Source of the DNA: Octopus bimaculoides
Taxonomy: Eukaryota
Length of the DNA stretch: 64,000 nt
Direction of reading: 5' to 3'
Assembly: GCF_001194135.2 (NCBI RefSeq)
Contig: NC_068982.1
Location: forward strand, 109,325,828 to 109,389,827
The translations under genes and the position numbers were made by a program. The notes under the pieces were generated by a model, which saw only the letters and a program-made list of their open reading frames with translations, was not told where the DNA came from and made no database searches. Within the stretch, counting starts at the first letter, position 1, and each line of letters starts with the position of its first letter. Shown here one piece after another: positions 12,190-23,972 of the stretch.

Positions 12190-12480
12190 AAATGTTTGGC
12201 AGAAACATCAAAAATCTACAAAAAATGGTGATCAACTTGCTGAAGAATACCGCCCTGCCGACTAGAATCAACTCACTAAGAAGACCGAGATTCTACTCAG
12301 ACACATGAAGAGGAATGCTTACCCTTTCGACAAAGAGGCGTGTCTTTTCACCTAGTTTGACTGATCTGAAGACGTGGTTGCATGCCTCGAAAACTCCAGA
12401 ATGCCAGGCCACTTCACTGGCCTAAATAAACTACAGTACCCAACGTCTGTACTAAATACTACTTCTTTGGATCATTATTT
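12190..12480 (+). mobile_element. Probable Penelope-like element 3' end/pseudo-LTR
   Basis: Weak similarity to PLE ORF end (ETSKIYKK..GDQLAEEYR) followed by a hammerhead-like motif at 12366-12396. Confidence 0.4.
12366..12396 (+). ncRNA. Degenerate type I hammerhead ribozyme motif
   Basis: CUGAAGA-C-GUGG(uugcaug)CCUC-GAAA-AC-UC: intact core; one mismatch in helix II, helix III AC instead of palindromic GC, helix I (CUG/CAG) offset. Confidence 0.45.
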
Positions 12481-12819
12481 AACAACGGATATATTTATGT
12501 ATGTGTGTGTGTGTGAGTGTGTTTATGTATATATTATAAACGTATATGCATAGGACGCGCACACTTATACACTCACACATCTATATTTATTTGTGTGTAT
12601 ATGTGAACACATGTATGTGAATATATATGTATATATGTGTTCATATATGTTTATGTATACATATGTTTATACAAATATATCTATATGCCAAGATATATTT
12701 GTGAGTATATAAACATACACACACATGTATATGAATATGTTTATATATAAAATTAGACCGATTCTAGACTTTCTATACATGTATAGTAGATTCGCTTATT
12801 TAACTCACGCACGATCTGC

Positions 12820-12865
<46 letters not shown>

Positions 12866-13959
12866 TGCCTATGTGATTTTGTGGAAGTTATGCTTTTTTT
12901 TACATTTTTCTCGTTACTATACGCATCTATAATGATGGTTGCAACAGCAATAAAGTACAGACATTTAGACATTTGACATTTAAGAGATAATTTACAATGT
13001 GCGGTTATCCTTGTAAATTACTACATTATTTTAAAGATAATAATAATAATAATGATAATAATAATAATAATAATCCTCTTTCTAATCATCATCATAATCA
13101 TTGCGAACATTTATTTATTTATTTTTACAATAGTTTCATACAATCTTTCGCTGCAATACCAGAAGCAGGTCTGTGTTGCATGTGCAGTATTGTTTCTCCT
13201 TTTAGTCTTATTCGGGTTTCTGCTTACTGACTGTATCTGTTTCGTTCGGTGTTAGAGTGTTGTGTTATTGTTATTGTCAACCTCCAGGTGATTTTGACTG
13301 AACTTTTTTATGACCAAAGGTATGTCAGCCTTGAATACCCTATCGTTTTTTGCAAGACAAAGTACGACCGGGCTCACATTATCTGGTATGTCTTTCATTT
13401 TTAGTGCAATAGGATGTAATTTGCGTTATTTCTAGAGGTTCAAACAACTTCATAAAAGTTCTCTTGTTTGTGTGTAGTTTACTAGGCGGGCTAAAAAAAT
13501 TAATGGAATTCCAACGATCGGCATGGGAGAAGGGTCTCAGCATTAACAAATATAGAAATAACACTAGGGATGAGAGAGTTGCGAGGCAGAGAAGATATGT
13601 TTCAATCGTAGAGTTGTTTAGCACCGGTCTGTTCCTGATTCGAGCAAACTCGAGATCAAAAAGACATTTTAACCATGACTATCTTGTACCTTACTGTGAC
13701 TACACTGTCTCTCAATGTATACAGGACTATTTTATACAGTGCGCCATTCATTATTTTTTAATAGCGGCGAGATTGTAATTTGAATGATATCTACTTGATA
13801 TTTCAGGTCGTGACAACGAATAGCGGATCTCCTTTGCTTCGAGTTTATTCCTCATTATCATGCTAATATTGTACAATTTAACATATTATGTTGGATTTGC
13901 GTATTTGATATATCAAGCGTGCGATGTATATTATGAAACTTTTATAATATACATTTCAG

Positions 13960-14290
13960 GTAGGGTTTTGCGTTGAATGTGAACAGAGTCTTGTAGGAGT
14001 ATTTTCTAGATTGTGTCCAAAGTCACAACCCCTTAGACTAATTAGATCTTGACTCTATACCTTGAATTGTTAATTTTCTTTCATAGATTTTTAGTAACCG
14101 GATATTAGTCTTGTGCAAGTCTATCTCAACGTCATTTTAGTTTCGCATTGAATCAGTCATGCTTAACATGAACTATCTTTATATTTCTGAGTTTCCCTTT
14201 TAATCTGTCGTTCTTTTTTCTTAAACTGCTTCATCCAACGTTTTTAATTATTTACCCTCAGAATCAGGCAATACGTATAGTCTAAAACGT
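13960..14290 (-). pseudogene. Very decayed R4/Dong-like LINE remnant (post-RT region to zinc knuckle)
   Basis: Minus-strand fragments VEIDLHKTNIRLLKS...SQD...PTRLCSHSTQN resemble ID...S..WL....LK.ETEG.I.AAQDQ.L.T....CRLC...ET of R4-clade ORFs. Confidence 0.35.
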
Positions 14291-14750
14291 GTTTCGTGTT
14301 TTTCATGTCTCCTTATGTTAACCTTTACTATTATGTATATTTAAGACTCAAAGCATATATTTTACAATTTTTTATCTATTTGTATAAGAACCTTCTCTAC
14401 ATGTAACCACACACACACACATATATATACATATATATGTATATATACACATACATACATATGTATGTGTGCGTGTGTGTGTCCTTATTGAGCCAGAATG
14501 CAACTTATTTTCGGATTTCTCTTTAAAAGCTTTCCACTTTATTAAAGTACAGCTGTACTTTATGTACTAGAGATATGGTGTATTTATAAGTATTATGTCA
14601 TTTCTTGCTTTAAGTTCGTTCTTTTATACTAGTTGCTAACCGAGTATTTTAGACTATAATATTAGTTGACTTTCTTGGAATACCATTATCTAATATTCTC
14701 TTCATTTGTCTGTTGTGCCTTTCAGAGTCTTAAATATTAATAACTGGGTA

Positions 14751-15150
14751 AAGTGGCGCGCTGACAGGATTGTTAGCATATCGGGTGAAATGCTTCACAA
14801 TATTTCGTCCGTCTTTACGTTCGGAATTCAAATTCCTCTGAGGTCGACTTTGCTTTTCATTCCTTCCGGGATCGATAAAATAAGTACTAGTTGAGCACTG
14901 GGTCAATTTAATCGACTTATCCTCTCCCCCCATAATTGCTAGCCTTGTGCCAAAATTTGGAACTAATATTATAAGCTGGGAAGGTGGTGAGCTGGTAGAA
15001 TCGTTGGCACATCGCGCAAAATGCTTAGAGGCATTTCGTCGGTCTTTACGTTTTGAGTTCAAATTCCACCAAGGTGACTTTGTACATCTTTCGGTACCAG
15101 TTGAACTCTCAAACTTGCTGGCCTTGTACCAAAATTTAAAACATATATTA
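14751..15150 (+). mobile_element. Head-to-tail dimer of tRNA-derived SINE (family 1)
   Basis: Two successive copies (14751-14968, 14981-15150) with head aaggyggtgagctgg.agaatcgttagcac (A box), gagttcaaattcc (B box) and tail gccttgtgccaaaattt; match 57797-58013. Confidence 0.9.
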
Positions 15151-15547
15151 ATATGTGGAGCTTTAAAATGAATTTGTCACTTTGAGCGAGTCGGCTTTAG
15201 CACTTTTGTTAAATTTCATATTCATTTTAATATCTTTTCTGTGCTGTTCCGACTGTAGTACAGCTTTCGCTGTTCTATATTTGTCTGTTGTCTCTTGTAT
15301 ATACAATCTTAAAATCATGAACGTAAATAGTTTATAATTTAATAGATTTTGCATTCATGGCAGACCTGATTCAACAGACTTGTTACCAGAGTTAGAGCAA
15401 AAGAGAAGAATAGTTGAAATTAGGATTCTTCGTGAAAAATTCCTCTTATGTGAAAGTAAAACCGGTATTTATTTTCTGCGAGGGAAATGGAAGTTTTCCA
15501 TATTTAGCTACATTTCCCGATTGTAATCAAGCGTGAAACTTGAAATA

Positions 15548-16796
15548 TTAGCTTGTTTCACATGAAATGTCGCATTTTTAATTACTTGTTATTTCAGTCA
15601 TTTGAAAACTCAGTTATGTGTACCTTGCATTTAAACTTGATTCTTTTTTCATTCCCAACAATGTTGGTATACAAAATTCGTACCCACACACCTTATGAAA
15701 ATGATAACAGCCAAACTATGTTGAGTGATTTTCTTGTATGAGTACAAAATGAGTCACTCTGTCGCAGAAGCTTTACGGAATATCAAGCAGGCCTTTGGTG
15801 ATGGTTTTGTTGACATCAGAACTGTTCAGAGATGGTTCCAAAGTTCTCATTCAGGAGATGATAGCCTTGAAAATAAACTAAGGGGTAGGCCAAAATCAGT
15901 TATTCGGCATGATGGATTAAATGTTTTGGTTGAACAAAATCCGAGAACAAAGGTTCGAAAACTTTCATCAGAACTACAAACATCTCGCACAACATTTTTT
16001 GGATACCTGTTAAAAAGTGGAAAAGTCAAGGAAACAGGTTTGTTCCACATCAACTGAACGAGATTAAAAAAAAACAAAAAAAAAAACAGACGCCTCGAAG
16101 TGTGCTCCTTATTGCTTTCTCGGCTGGAAAAGATCATTTTTGCATCAAATCATTACTTGTGATGAGAAATGGATACTCTTTAGCTGAAGAACAGGACAGT
16201 GATTAGCTGCGGGAGGGCCACCTAAACACTACCCAAACCTACCATTGCACCCTAAAAAGTTGCTGGTCACTGTATGGTGGTCTGCGAAGGGAGTTATTCA
16301 TTATTCATTTTTGCAACGAGGAAAAACGGTAACAGCAACATCATATTGCCAAGAAATTGATTGTATACATGAGAATTTGAAAAAGAAGCAACCCAGACTA
16401 GTGAATAGAGACGGCCCAATTTTGCTCTACGACAATGTACCTCCTCACACTCTTCAAGCTACGGTCCAAAAGTTGCAAAGCCTGAATTATAAAATTTTGC
16501 AGCATCCTCCTTATTCCCCTGATATCTCTCCTACTGATCATCACTTATTTAAGCATTTTGAGCTTTTCATAAGGAATAAAATATTCTTAAACAGAGAAGA
16601 GGTAATTGAAGCATTCAGAAAGTTTATCACAGCGAAAGAGGAATTTTTAAAAGATGGAATTTATGACAGAGAAACGTTGAGTAAACGTCATAAATGAACA
16701 TGGATCATACTTTGATTAAATAGATCAGTTCTCTAATACTTCTGAAACATTTTATTGTTACCTTTCAAATACGACATTTCATGTGAAACAACCTAA
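15548..16796 (+). mobile_element. Full-length mariner (DD34D) element with pseudogenised transposase
   Basis: 30-bp TIRs ttagcttgtttcacatgaaatgtcgcattt / aaatacgacatttcatgtgaaacaacctaa (28/30), TA at 15546-47 and 16797-98; HTH (15725-16057), IITCDEKWILF (D1), LLYDNVPPH...YSPDISPTDHHLF with exactly 34 residues between D2 and D3; stops, frameshifts and a poly-A tract. Confidence 0.96.
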
Positions 16797-17082
16797 TAGT
16801 AAGCAATAATCAAAGCAAAATCATTAGTCATATTAAGTTGTTGTGTGATGGGATATCTTATACTTCTATTAAAATATATTTGTTGGAAATTTTAGGACAA
16901 GACATTTCATTTTTCTTTTTTAGTTAGACCAAACTATGGATGTATTCGTATTTTTTTTTCTCACAGCATACTAACAAAACGCACTTTCTGAAATTTATTG
17001 AAATTGTTTTTGTCGAATTCTGGTAATTAAACTGAGTTAAAATAAAACTATATATGGAAAAACCATGCACATAATTTAGCTA

Positions 17083-17160
17083 CTTTAGGGAAATCAAATG
17101 TAGCTTAGGGAAATCAAATGTAGCTTAGGGAAATCAAATGTAGCTTAGGGAAATCAAATG
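17083..17160. repeat. 20-bp minisatellite (tagcttagggaaatcaaatg) x ~4
   Basis: Three exact copies 17101-17160 plus one partial upstream. Confidence 0.95.
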
Positions 17161-17946
17161 TTCTCGATAAATAGAATACTTTATGTATCTTTTAACCAAT
17201 ATTAGACTATTGGTTTGAACAACTTTATTGTATTCGTGTCTTTCAACCACCTAAGTTCTAGGCTTTTCCCTCTCCTTCTTTATGAACCCTAGCGCATTAA
17301 CATTTCTAATTTCTCCGTCTTTTCAATCCCGAACATTGCTTTTGTATTTTTCTTTCACGCCCATTCCACAAGACCTACTTCATCGTTACTCATTCTAATA
17401 ACGTCACTCTATCTCCATTCTTCTTCTTCAAATTCATTTCTCTCACGGCACCCTTTTTCACCTCTTTTCTCACTTTCTATCTTTCTCAGAAGTATTTCTT
17501 TATAACCTTTTAGCATTCTAATTCTCCAACCATCACTTTACTACGTTACCTAAAAGATCACTCAAAACGTCTAGACTTGAGGTAAACATACCCAACTTCA
17601 ACTTATATATCTTTATCACCTTTGTTTTGAAGTGTCAGATTTTTAATCACACCGTCATTTTCCAGATGATCCATATTTACACTTAAATAAAATAAGCAAA
17701 ATGTGTGCGCTAATAGGCTACTAGAATACATTTTTGAGTGTGTGGATATATGTATACGAATGTGTGATAAATGAGTTATTTGTCTTAGTATACATTTGAT
17801 GTCTGCTGCTTATTTCCTTCATTGGCCAACAAATTATGGAGCACATTGCGTATGTATATCACTGTAATTGTAGTTCTATCGTCGATTATAAGTCTTTAAT
17901 TTTCCCCGGGTTCGAATGTATGTATGTTCGTTTGTGTGTGAGTGTG

Positions 17947-17989
<43 letters not shown>

Positions 17990-18317
17990 AACACCGGTAT
18001 ATGTGGTGCATAATTAAATTTACTATACATGAGAAAATCCAATCTTTTTCTGTCTACTTTTTCTTTTGTGTATCTTTTGCAATGTCTATGTGTGCCTGTG
18101 TGTATATGTTGAGGTAATGCGTATCTGTAATTCCATCTCTCACTACTCTGTCTCTCATATCATCAAGCAGACTAATTTATCTATCATGCTCTCCCGCTTG
18201 TTTGTAAATAACCATTGCGAGAATAGTCGGCGGCTGAATTCTAACAAGATTTCTACACAGCTGTGCATGGATAAGAGTTCGTAACATTTCCAGTATAAGG
18301 TGGATTTTCGGCGTAGA

Positions 18318-18321
<4 letters not shown>

Positions 18322-18403
<82 letters not shown>
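18322..18403. repeat. (GA)n(CA)n microsatellite
   Basis: Directly visible. Confidence 0.97.
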
Positions 18404-18406
<3 letters not shown>

Positions 18407-18939
18407 GAGTGAAGGAGGGAGGGTGGGATAGAGTGAGTTGCAGAGAAACAAACACATCTAATGCCGACTTTGATCATTATTTCTAGTATATGTTATGATA
18501 TTTTAATTAGATTATTGATTATATAGTTAATCCTTTACATTGCAAACGACTTGTAAAGATTAAAATTAATCTTAAGAATGCACCTTACAAAACAATATAG
18601 TATAATAACCAAGATGTAGGCTATTTACAGCCTGGTCAAAATAGAAGACTTTTGGAGTATTAGAGGAAAGTTCGACATTTTGTTTATGTCATCTCTGGCA
18701 TCTCTGTGTACAGTTTAAACTTTCAAGAATCAATGCCCCAGTCCATATGGCTATAAATAAGTTATATATGTATTTTCTCGTAGTAAGTATTAGGAGCACT
18801 ATAAAACTGACAACTGAAATGAGTTTTGTTATGTCCCACAACTACATACGTACAATTTACACACAAATATACACATAGATGGGTAGTATATTTAATCTGA
18901 TCTGTAATATCCAATTACAAAGCATTGCGTACTTTTTCC

Positions 18940-19125
18940 GAACATACATGCATACATACATGCATACATACATACATACATACATACATATGTGCAAACT
19001 GTACACAACTTTGTGAAGAAGAAGCAGAAGAAGAAGAAGAAGAGGAGGAGGAGGAGAATAAGAATTAGAGGAGGAGGAGAAGAAAAAGAAGAAGAAGAGG
19101 ATGAGAAGAAGAAGAAGAAGAAGAC
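18940..19125. repeat. (CATA)n followed by (GAA/GAG)n low-complexity tract
   Basis: Directly visible. Confidence 0.92.
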
Positions 19126-19799
19126 GAATGACACACTTTGTGGTCAAAAGATTTTCCGACAAAGACAGACATTGCAGAAGAGTGAACAAGCATCAGGAAT
19201 ATTCTGTGCGCTACAAATCTTATTAGTCAAACATTGGCAGAATCGACAATGACAGTAAAAAAGATGTTCAAAATAAGGATTTTGAATATATGTCAGGACC
19301 TTTGACTGGTTTATATCATACAACGGTTTCTTTCGATTTTTATTATTTGCATCGTTGTTTAATTCTAATTTACACGCTGTTAGGCACTGGTTGTGAAGCT
19401 GTCCAGTAGAGTGTCAAACTAATCTCAAACTTTTTGTAGATTTTCGATCGATATTTCAATGTTGCCTACTTCATGATCAATAATAGTATTTCTTGCCTCT
19501 GATGGCATGTTGCAGATGTTAATGGGAGCAAGTGGTGCTGAATCAGATATATAACATAAATCTGCATCTGAATGCTGACATGCATTTAATAACTTCTGCT
19601 TCTTCACTTTGGGTCATTGGTGTCAGATTAATTTTCAGAATTCCTACAAGGCCATTTGATACTATTGAGATTTGATGCAAATTTATTTTATTTTCACTTG
19701 ATGAACTTGGTAGAAGAATAAGAGCCCATAACCTCTGAAAGCACCCCACGAGACATGTAAAACGGATGCTGTTAATGTTCCGTGCAAACTATTGTGCAT

Positions 19800-20140
19800 C
19801 AACACCTGTATGAAAGATATGAGTGAGAGATGGTTCAAGAAGGCCGATATTCTAGGAACGAAGGGTTGGGGAAAGGGGAATTTGGAGACGCTCCAAGGTT
19901 GGCGAAAGATGAGTGACAATTGGATCGTGGATGTCTGAGTGGCGGGTGCCCGAGTGGTGGATCAATTAGATCCGAGTAGCAGAGGCCATTTAATAGCATT
20001 AGAAAAGACAGAGAGAACAGACAGTATGCCTGTGGACCAATGACTGGAGTGTCTCCATTAGTGTTCGTTAGTAATGTCAATCAACCAAATAACCCTTCTC
20101 TGGATGTGAGCCAGAATGTTAGTGTGTAGTAGTAGCAGAA
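19800..20140 (-). pseudogene. 3' end of a CR1/L2/Jockey-group LINE ORF2
   Basis: Minus strand gives HILAHIQRRVIWLID...LQSLVHRHTVCSL...NGLCYSDL...FVPRISAFLNHL, matching the LDRIQR.AIRLI...LQ.L.HRR.VASL..FY....G.C..EL...SF.PRT..LWN.L post-RT motif. Confidence 0.65.
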
Positions 20141-21130
20141 CCTTCCATTGCATGTCAACTGCCCAGCGGTTAGTTGACATGCTGTGCGTTGATTGACAGC
20201 CTGTGTGTGTCAAAAGAATTTGCTATCTTTTGGTCTAGAAGAAAAAGATATAGAAGCGTTCAGTAGATTTATAAAAAGTAACTGCTTCACAATAATACTC
20301 TACTGAATCCTTGCCGTACTAATATAAGGTATGGCCTCCAAATGGTAAGAATTAGAAGGCTTTTGTTAAGTAAATATACTTTCTAATCCCTCAAAGTTCA
20401 CTGCTATTTTAGCATTATCCTTATTTCTATTTTATTCAACGTTCTCATCGTCAGAAAATTCTATTTCATAATGCATTTTCTCCCAAAAGTTCTCAAAAGA
20501 TAAAAATCTCTCGTAAATCTTAAATTACAAGAAGCTAGTTTACTCTTTGAAATAAATATTGTCTATTCGGCACGTGGTGAATCAAGTTTGCCTAAAACTA
20601 CTACTGATGAGTATTTTGTCTTTGATGTTTTAGAGAGTATGTTTTCAAAAAGAAATCGGAGCAAAAGGAAATAAATTCATTTTATGATTCCCTAACAGAT
20701 AACGTGTTTGCAGTTCTTCTCTTTTTCTTGGTTTTCTCTGACCTTTCTGACACGGGTTTCAAGTGTAGGATCCCATTTAGACAAAAGTTCAATCAGCCCA
20801 CGTAAGCTACCACTGTAAACATCGGCAATTAGAGATGAAGGGCACCACGAAATGTTAACTATCTTTCAGATAAAAATGAATTAATGCCAATCAGATGAGT
20901 AAAATACAAGACTGGTTAGCCTCCGCTACCACAATATGGTTATATGCAAGATGTCTATGAATATGTTTGAACGAATTCACTATTTGTGTGAGTTTATGAG
21001 GGTGTATGTGTGTGTGCGTATACATGCGTGCGTATATGTGAGTGCGTACGCGCGCATGTGTATAAACATACATAAATACATACATACATATATATATGAA
21101 CACACACATATACATATATATGTACACACA

Positions 21131-21182
<52 letters not shown>

Positions 21183-21279
21183 CGTGACCGACTAGATTAT
21201 CGGAAGTTGTTATACATTGCCGGTTACAATGCTCATTGCATCGTTTTAGTTTTCGCATGATGTCAACTCACTGACCATG

Positions 21280-21471
21280 CGAGCTGGCCTACATTTCCCC
21301 TGATCGGAGGCTATTCCGTTGTAAGGTTACCCATTTACAACTGAATGAACTGGAGCAGTGTTAAATGAAGTGTTTTGCTCAAGAACACAACGCACTGTTC
21401 GGTTTGGGAATCGAACTCACGATCGCTAGCTCGCCAGTGTAAGACCTTAACCACTAGGAGATGCGTCTTCA
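21280..21471 (-). mobile_element. tRNA-derived SINE with CORE/V-like central domain (family 3)
   Basis: Minus strand: cctagtggttaag (A box), gagttcgattccc (B box), then gcgttgtgttcttgagcaaaacactt...gtaaatgggta; related copy at 36045-36176. Confidence 0.8.
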
Positions 21472-21541
21472 TAGACACACACATATATTTGTATATGTAT
21501 AAAATCGGTTAGTAGTTCCTAAATCCGGAAAGAAGCGCTCT

Positions 21542-22850
21542 CTAAAATTTTGATAAGTTACTTGGATCAAACGTGTTCTTCAATATCCTTGCTCTCTTGG
21601 TCAAGAAGTGTGTACATCGTTTACTCCCGTTAAGGTGCAGTCCAGATTGTTCTAAGCGCTTCCGTTTAATTTTGTACGGGTTATCCTTTTCTTCTAAGCA
21701 CCATTCATAGCTGGCCAAAGGTGTAACATTGCGCCTCTTTGAAATCTTAAAAGAGGACTTGCGATTGTTAAGGCGTTGCTTGAAGTGAACCACTGTAGCT
21801 CCAACATATTCCCGTGTCTGTGTCCTAGTGCTGGTGGTGCTGCACCTGTTGGTGTTACCACAGCTATTGCTGCCGTTACTGTTGCTACTGCTAGACACGT
21901 TTCTGGTGCAACTGCTGTTATTACCGTTGCTGCTGGTATCGCTGCTGTTTTTGATATTGTTACTGGACGTAATGCTGGTGTTGCAGTGGTTGCTGTTGCC
22001 GCTGCCATCTCTGTCGTTGCTGCCTATACTGTTGGACGCGTTGTTGATGCTGCTGTTGCTGTTGTAGCAGTCGCTATATTTACCGTTGCCGCCGGACTTA
22101 CTACCGGTGCTGCTGCCGCTGCTGCTGTAGTTTTTGTCGCTGTTGTTGTTACTGCTTGATACGTTGTTAGTGCTACTGTTGTTGCTGCTGCTCCCATCAC
22201 TGTCACTGTTGTCGATTCTGCAGGACACCAACTCGGCCTCATAGACCACGGACTCTGAGTTGCATCGACCCCATCACTGAGCACTGCATGGGCATCATGC
22301 GTCTGTGCTGGGTTTAGAGGTGTTCACTAAAAAGTTTTTAATGCTGTGTGCATAACTGAAAGAGGCCCTAAAGTTGTGCTTATTAAACAATCATCTGTCC
22401 CAATGGGATTGCATGAAGTGCTTGTCCGCTAACCTAAGGAATATTATTCTCATACTGGTTTTGATATTGGATGAAAAAGGTTAGGTGAACCAAATGACTT
22501 TACGGTGGTGCTTCATTTTGTGGATGCTAGGCCTCGGCATAAAGGGATCAAGAATCCCGGTGAGCTTGCTTGGTTCGGGGTCTTTATTAACCTCCAGAAG
22601 TGAAGTATTTAGTTGGTGCCCTCATCAGAGGAAATTCATGTTTGAAACATGGAATTCCCTGCTTACCGACTATCAACCGGAAATCGTGCATATGCTGATC
22701 ATTTCAGAATCAACTGGAACCGATTTAAGGCAGATAACACCATCTTCTCACTGAAAGATTGTTGCTCAATAGAATTTTTGAGTACGACCTTGGCTGACGA
22801 AGACCTTTTCCAATTTCCAGTTGTAGAGAGGTTATGTGCCTCCGGGCAAC
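21542..22850 (-). mobile_element. Penelope-like retroelement remnant (RT thumb/linker plus GIY-YIG endonuclease)
   Basis: Minus strand: RKVIWFT*PFSSNIKTSMRIIFLRLADKHFMQSHWDR*LFNKHNFRASFSY (cf. RNIIWFNPPFS.NVKTNIG..FL.LIDKHFP..H..HKIFNRN..K.SYS), GRCNSESVVYEAELVS, then REYVGATVVHFKQRLNNRKSSFK...RNVTPLASYEWCLEEKDNPYKIK...GSKRC. Stops upstream; 5' boundary approximate. Confidence 0.88.
21827..22213 (-). repeat. Degenerate (AGC/AAC/AGT/AAT)n trinucleotide tract inside the PLE GIY-YIG coding region
   Basis: ~129 in-frame Ser/Asn/Gly-rich codons between VVY (22249-22241) and YVG (21808-21800). Confidence 0.9.
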
Positions 22851-23915
22851 GAGTCTGACGGGCCACCTATACCGCTAAGAACGTTATACATACGAAGCAA
22901 ATGGCCAATTCTGTAATGTAATCGGTACGTTTATAGGATGAGCTACACAAATGATGCTAAGAAAAGAAGCGCTGACTGCATTGAATGAAAATGTATCAAT
23001 ATGGTTGACAAACTACTAGTTTATTATATGAAACCGCGCTTTAGTGAGCAAGTAGATGTAGCGAGCTAGTCATTGATACTCAAGCAGATGCCCATATTTT
23101 TGATCAGTGTAGGAATCTCTCTGTGTATAGAAGCATAACCATACTTGATTCATGATAGATGTTTTTGTGGGGGCTTTGTCTATCAGACACAAATCAATGG
23201 CATGAAACTTCCCAACCAAGAAATGAAAGACGGGAGGTCAACTAATTTCTCGTGCCCAACAAAAAGAAAAAAAAAATGAAAAAATGGAATACATTGATCT
23301 TAAGGCCAAATTTTTAAGCAATGCTCAAGTGGAAGTCAAAGGAAGAAAGTAAAAAACATGGAAACAAGAGGTAAAATAGGTAAGGAACTAAGTTGTACAT
23401 ATATATATATAACAGCAGAAATTTCATAGCAAGATGAACACCTCGACTGGCCCACATAATATTGTTCAGATATTTGCAAAAATGTATGGTTAGAGGAGTG
23501 GCTGGGTGATTTAAAGTGAATAGCTGAAGCCGTGAAAGGGCTGGTAATTGCACCGAGCAATCTTTGACCACCATCATTAGGATCATGACTTTATATCTTC
23601 TACACTGCTCCCCCTTTCTTTTCAATCGTCCTTTACTGTCTTTCTGTTCTTATATGTGACCACAAAACTGCAGGTGTGTGTATTATCATGAAACTCATGT
23701 GAATATATGTACTCTAAAATAATTTATATTCTTGCTATGAAATTATCTTCGGCCAGCCATAGCTGACACTTGCGCAAAGGACAATGTATGCAATGGGATC
23801 AGATTTTGAAGTATGTGGTTTCTAAGCGGACTAATGAACCTTACAGTTACACATACACACACCACGCACACATGCACACATGCCGCATGTTGGGGTATGT
23901 GAATGTATATGTTCG

Positions 23916-23972
<57 letters not shown>

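Noticed and set aside
19390-19700. Short minus-strand ORF MKKQKLLNACQH...
   Set aside because: Flanked by stops with no recognisable motif; origin unresolved.
20150-20184. 11-bp perfect inverted repeat gcatgtcaact/agttgacatgc
   Set aside because: Isolated short hairpin at the edge of a LINE fragment; expected by chance or local inversion.
21776-22159. Plus-strand Ala/Val-rich hydrophobic ORF and overlapping poly-Leu/Ala-Thr ORFs
   Set aside because: Alternative frames of the trinucleotide tract inside the PLE relic.
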